A stretch of 63,946 nucleotides of DNA, filler included, from Stramenopiles sp. TOSAG23-3 (Eukaryota), in the NCBI GenBank assembly GCA_900128585.1. It is 11 parts of 11 records of this genome, joined end to end, with 100 filler letters (N's around TTAATTAATTAA, not from the genome) between each part and the next. Parts side by side here need not be neighbours in the genome. Positions count along the whole stretch, not along the records: positions 62,872 to 63,946 come from LT646550.1; 10 more parts are not named here. The stretch is one strand, 5' to 3'. The notes beneath the pieces are model-generated. The model saw only the letters and a program-made list of their open reading frames with translations. It was not told where the DNA came from and did no database searches. Positions 63,649 through 63,946 of the stretch are shown in pieces. Numbering within the stretch: position 1 is the stretch's first letter; each line of letters opens with the position of its first letter. A program made the translations under genes and the position numbers.

Positions 63649-63944
63649 GTAAGTTCTTGCACGACATTTTTCAATTCAATTTCGATTGTTTTGATTCTTT
63701 TGTAATAACATTTCATACCCAATAATGTACAATTTGCAATGAAATAAATTACATTAGATATGTAAATTGGTGGTTTGTCTAGTATAATACCATAAACTAA
63801 CCATAATATGCTTGCTAAAAAATTTAACAATATCATATAGATCGACAATTCATCTGCGGATTTAATTTGGTAAGTCTTATACACTTGGGGTAATTGTAAT
63901 AAGCTAACCAATAATGCTGCTGCATATCCAATAATTAATTCAAT
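63609..63944 (-). CDS. SemiSWEET/PQ-loop-type transporter (5' end beyond window)
   Basis: IIGYAAALLVSLLQLPQVYKTYQIKSADELS...LWLVYG...PIYISN, a 3-TM SemiSWEET pattern. Confidence 0.8.
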   Translation of the reverse strand: MELIIGYAAALLVSLLQLPQVYKTYQIKSADELSIYMILLNFLASILWLVYGIILDKPPIYISNVIYFIANCTLLGMKCYYKRIKTIEIELKNVVQELTCIIAPCIYTSVD

Positions 63945-63946
63945 TA

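Overview
This window is eukaryotic and is not a contiguous locus. It is 11 short contigs joined by identical 100-bp spacers (44 N + TTAATTAATTAA + 44 N). Contigs 2-10 fall steadily in length (6203, 6199, 6191, 6190, 6186, 6183, 6177, 6171, 6165 bp), so they are size-sorted and gene neighbourhoods across spacers mean nothing. The genes are apparently intronless and GC-balanced, and sit between very AT-rich spacers with GAA/GAAA/CCTT microsatellites. Gene content (RIIAD1, axonemal dynein light-chain domain, CEP104-like TOG protein, PKG-type kinase, TM+LRR protein) suggests a flagellated protist, probably stramenopile-like (inference). Recognisable genes: PSMA7, DHX35, DDX1, TRAPPC4, LYRM1, RIIAD1, TMEM43-like, SLC35A-type transporter, myotubularin, TBC+EF-hand RabGAP, cathepsin-L-like protease and a STK32-like kinase. 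The most interesting observations are: (1) a PKG-architecture kinase fused to an N-terminal multi-TM region, with no canonical cGMP-type Arg-Thr motif; (2) a small HNH-like Zn protein with a basic tail; (3) a conserved ~30-60 bp non-coding element at gene 3' ends on four independent contigs; (4) a GnT-IV/GnT-V hybrid glycosyltransferase next to a nucleotide-sugar transporter; (5) a SemiSWEET-like gene antisense to an RCC1 gene on a compositionally foreign contig; (6) a pseudo-kinesin, a signal-less papain-like protein and two Cys-rich repeat proteins. No rRNA, tRNA, CRISPR array or transposase was recognised. All family assignments come from motif recognition by eye, not from database searches.
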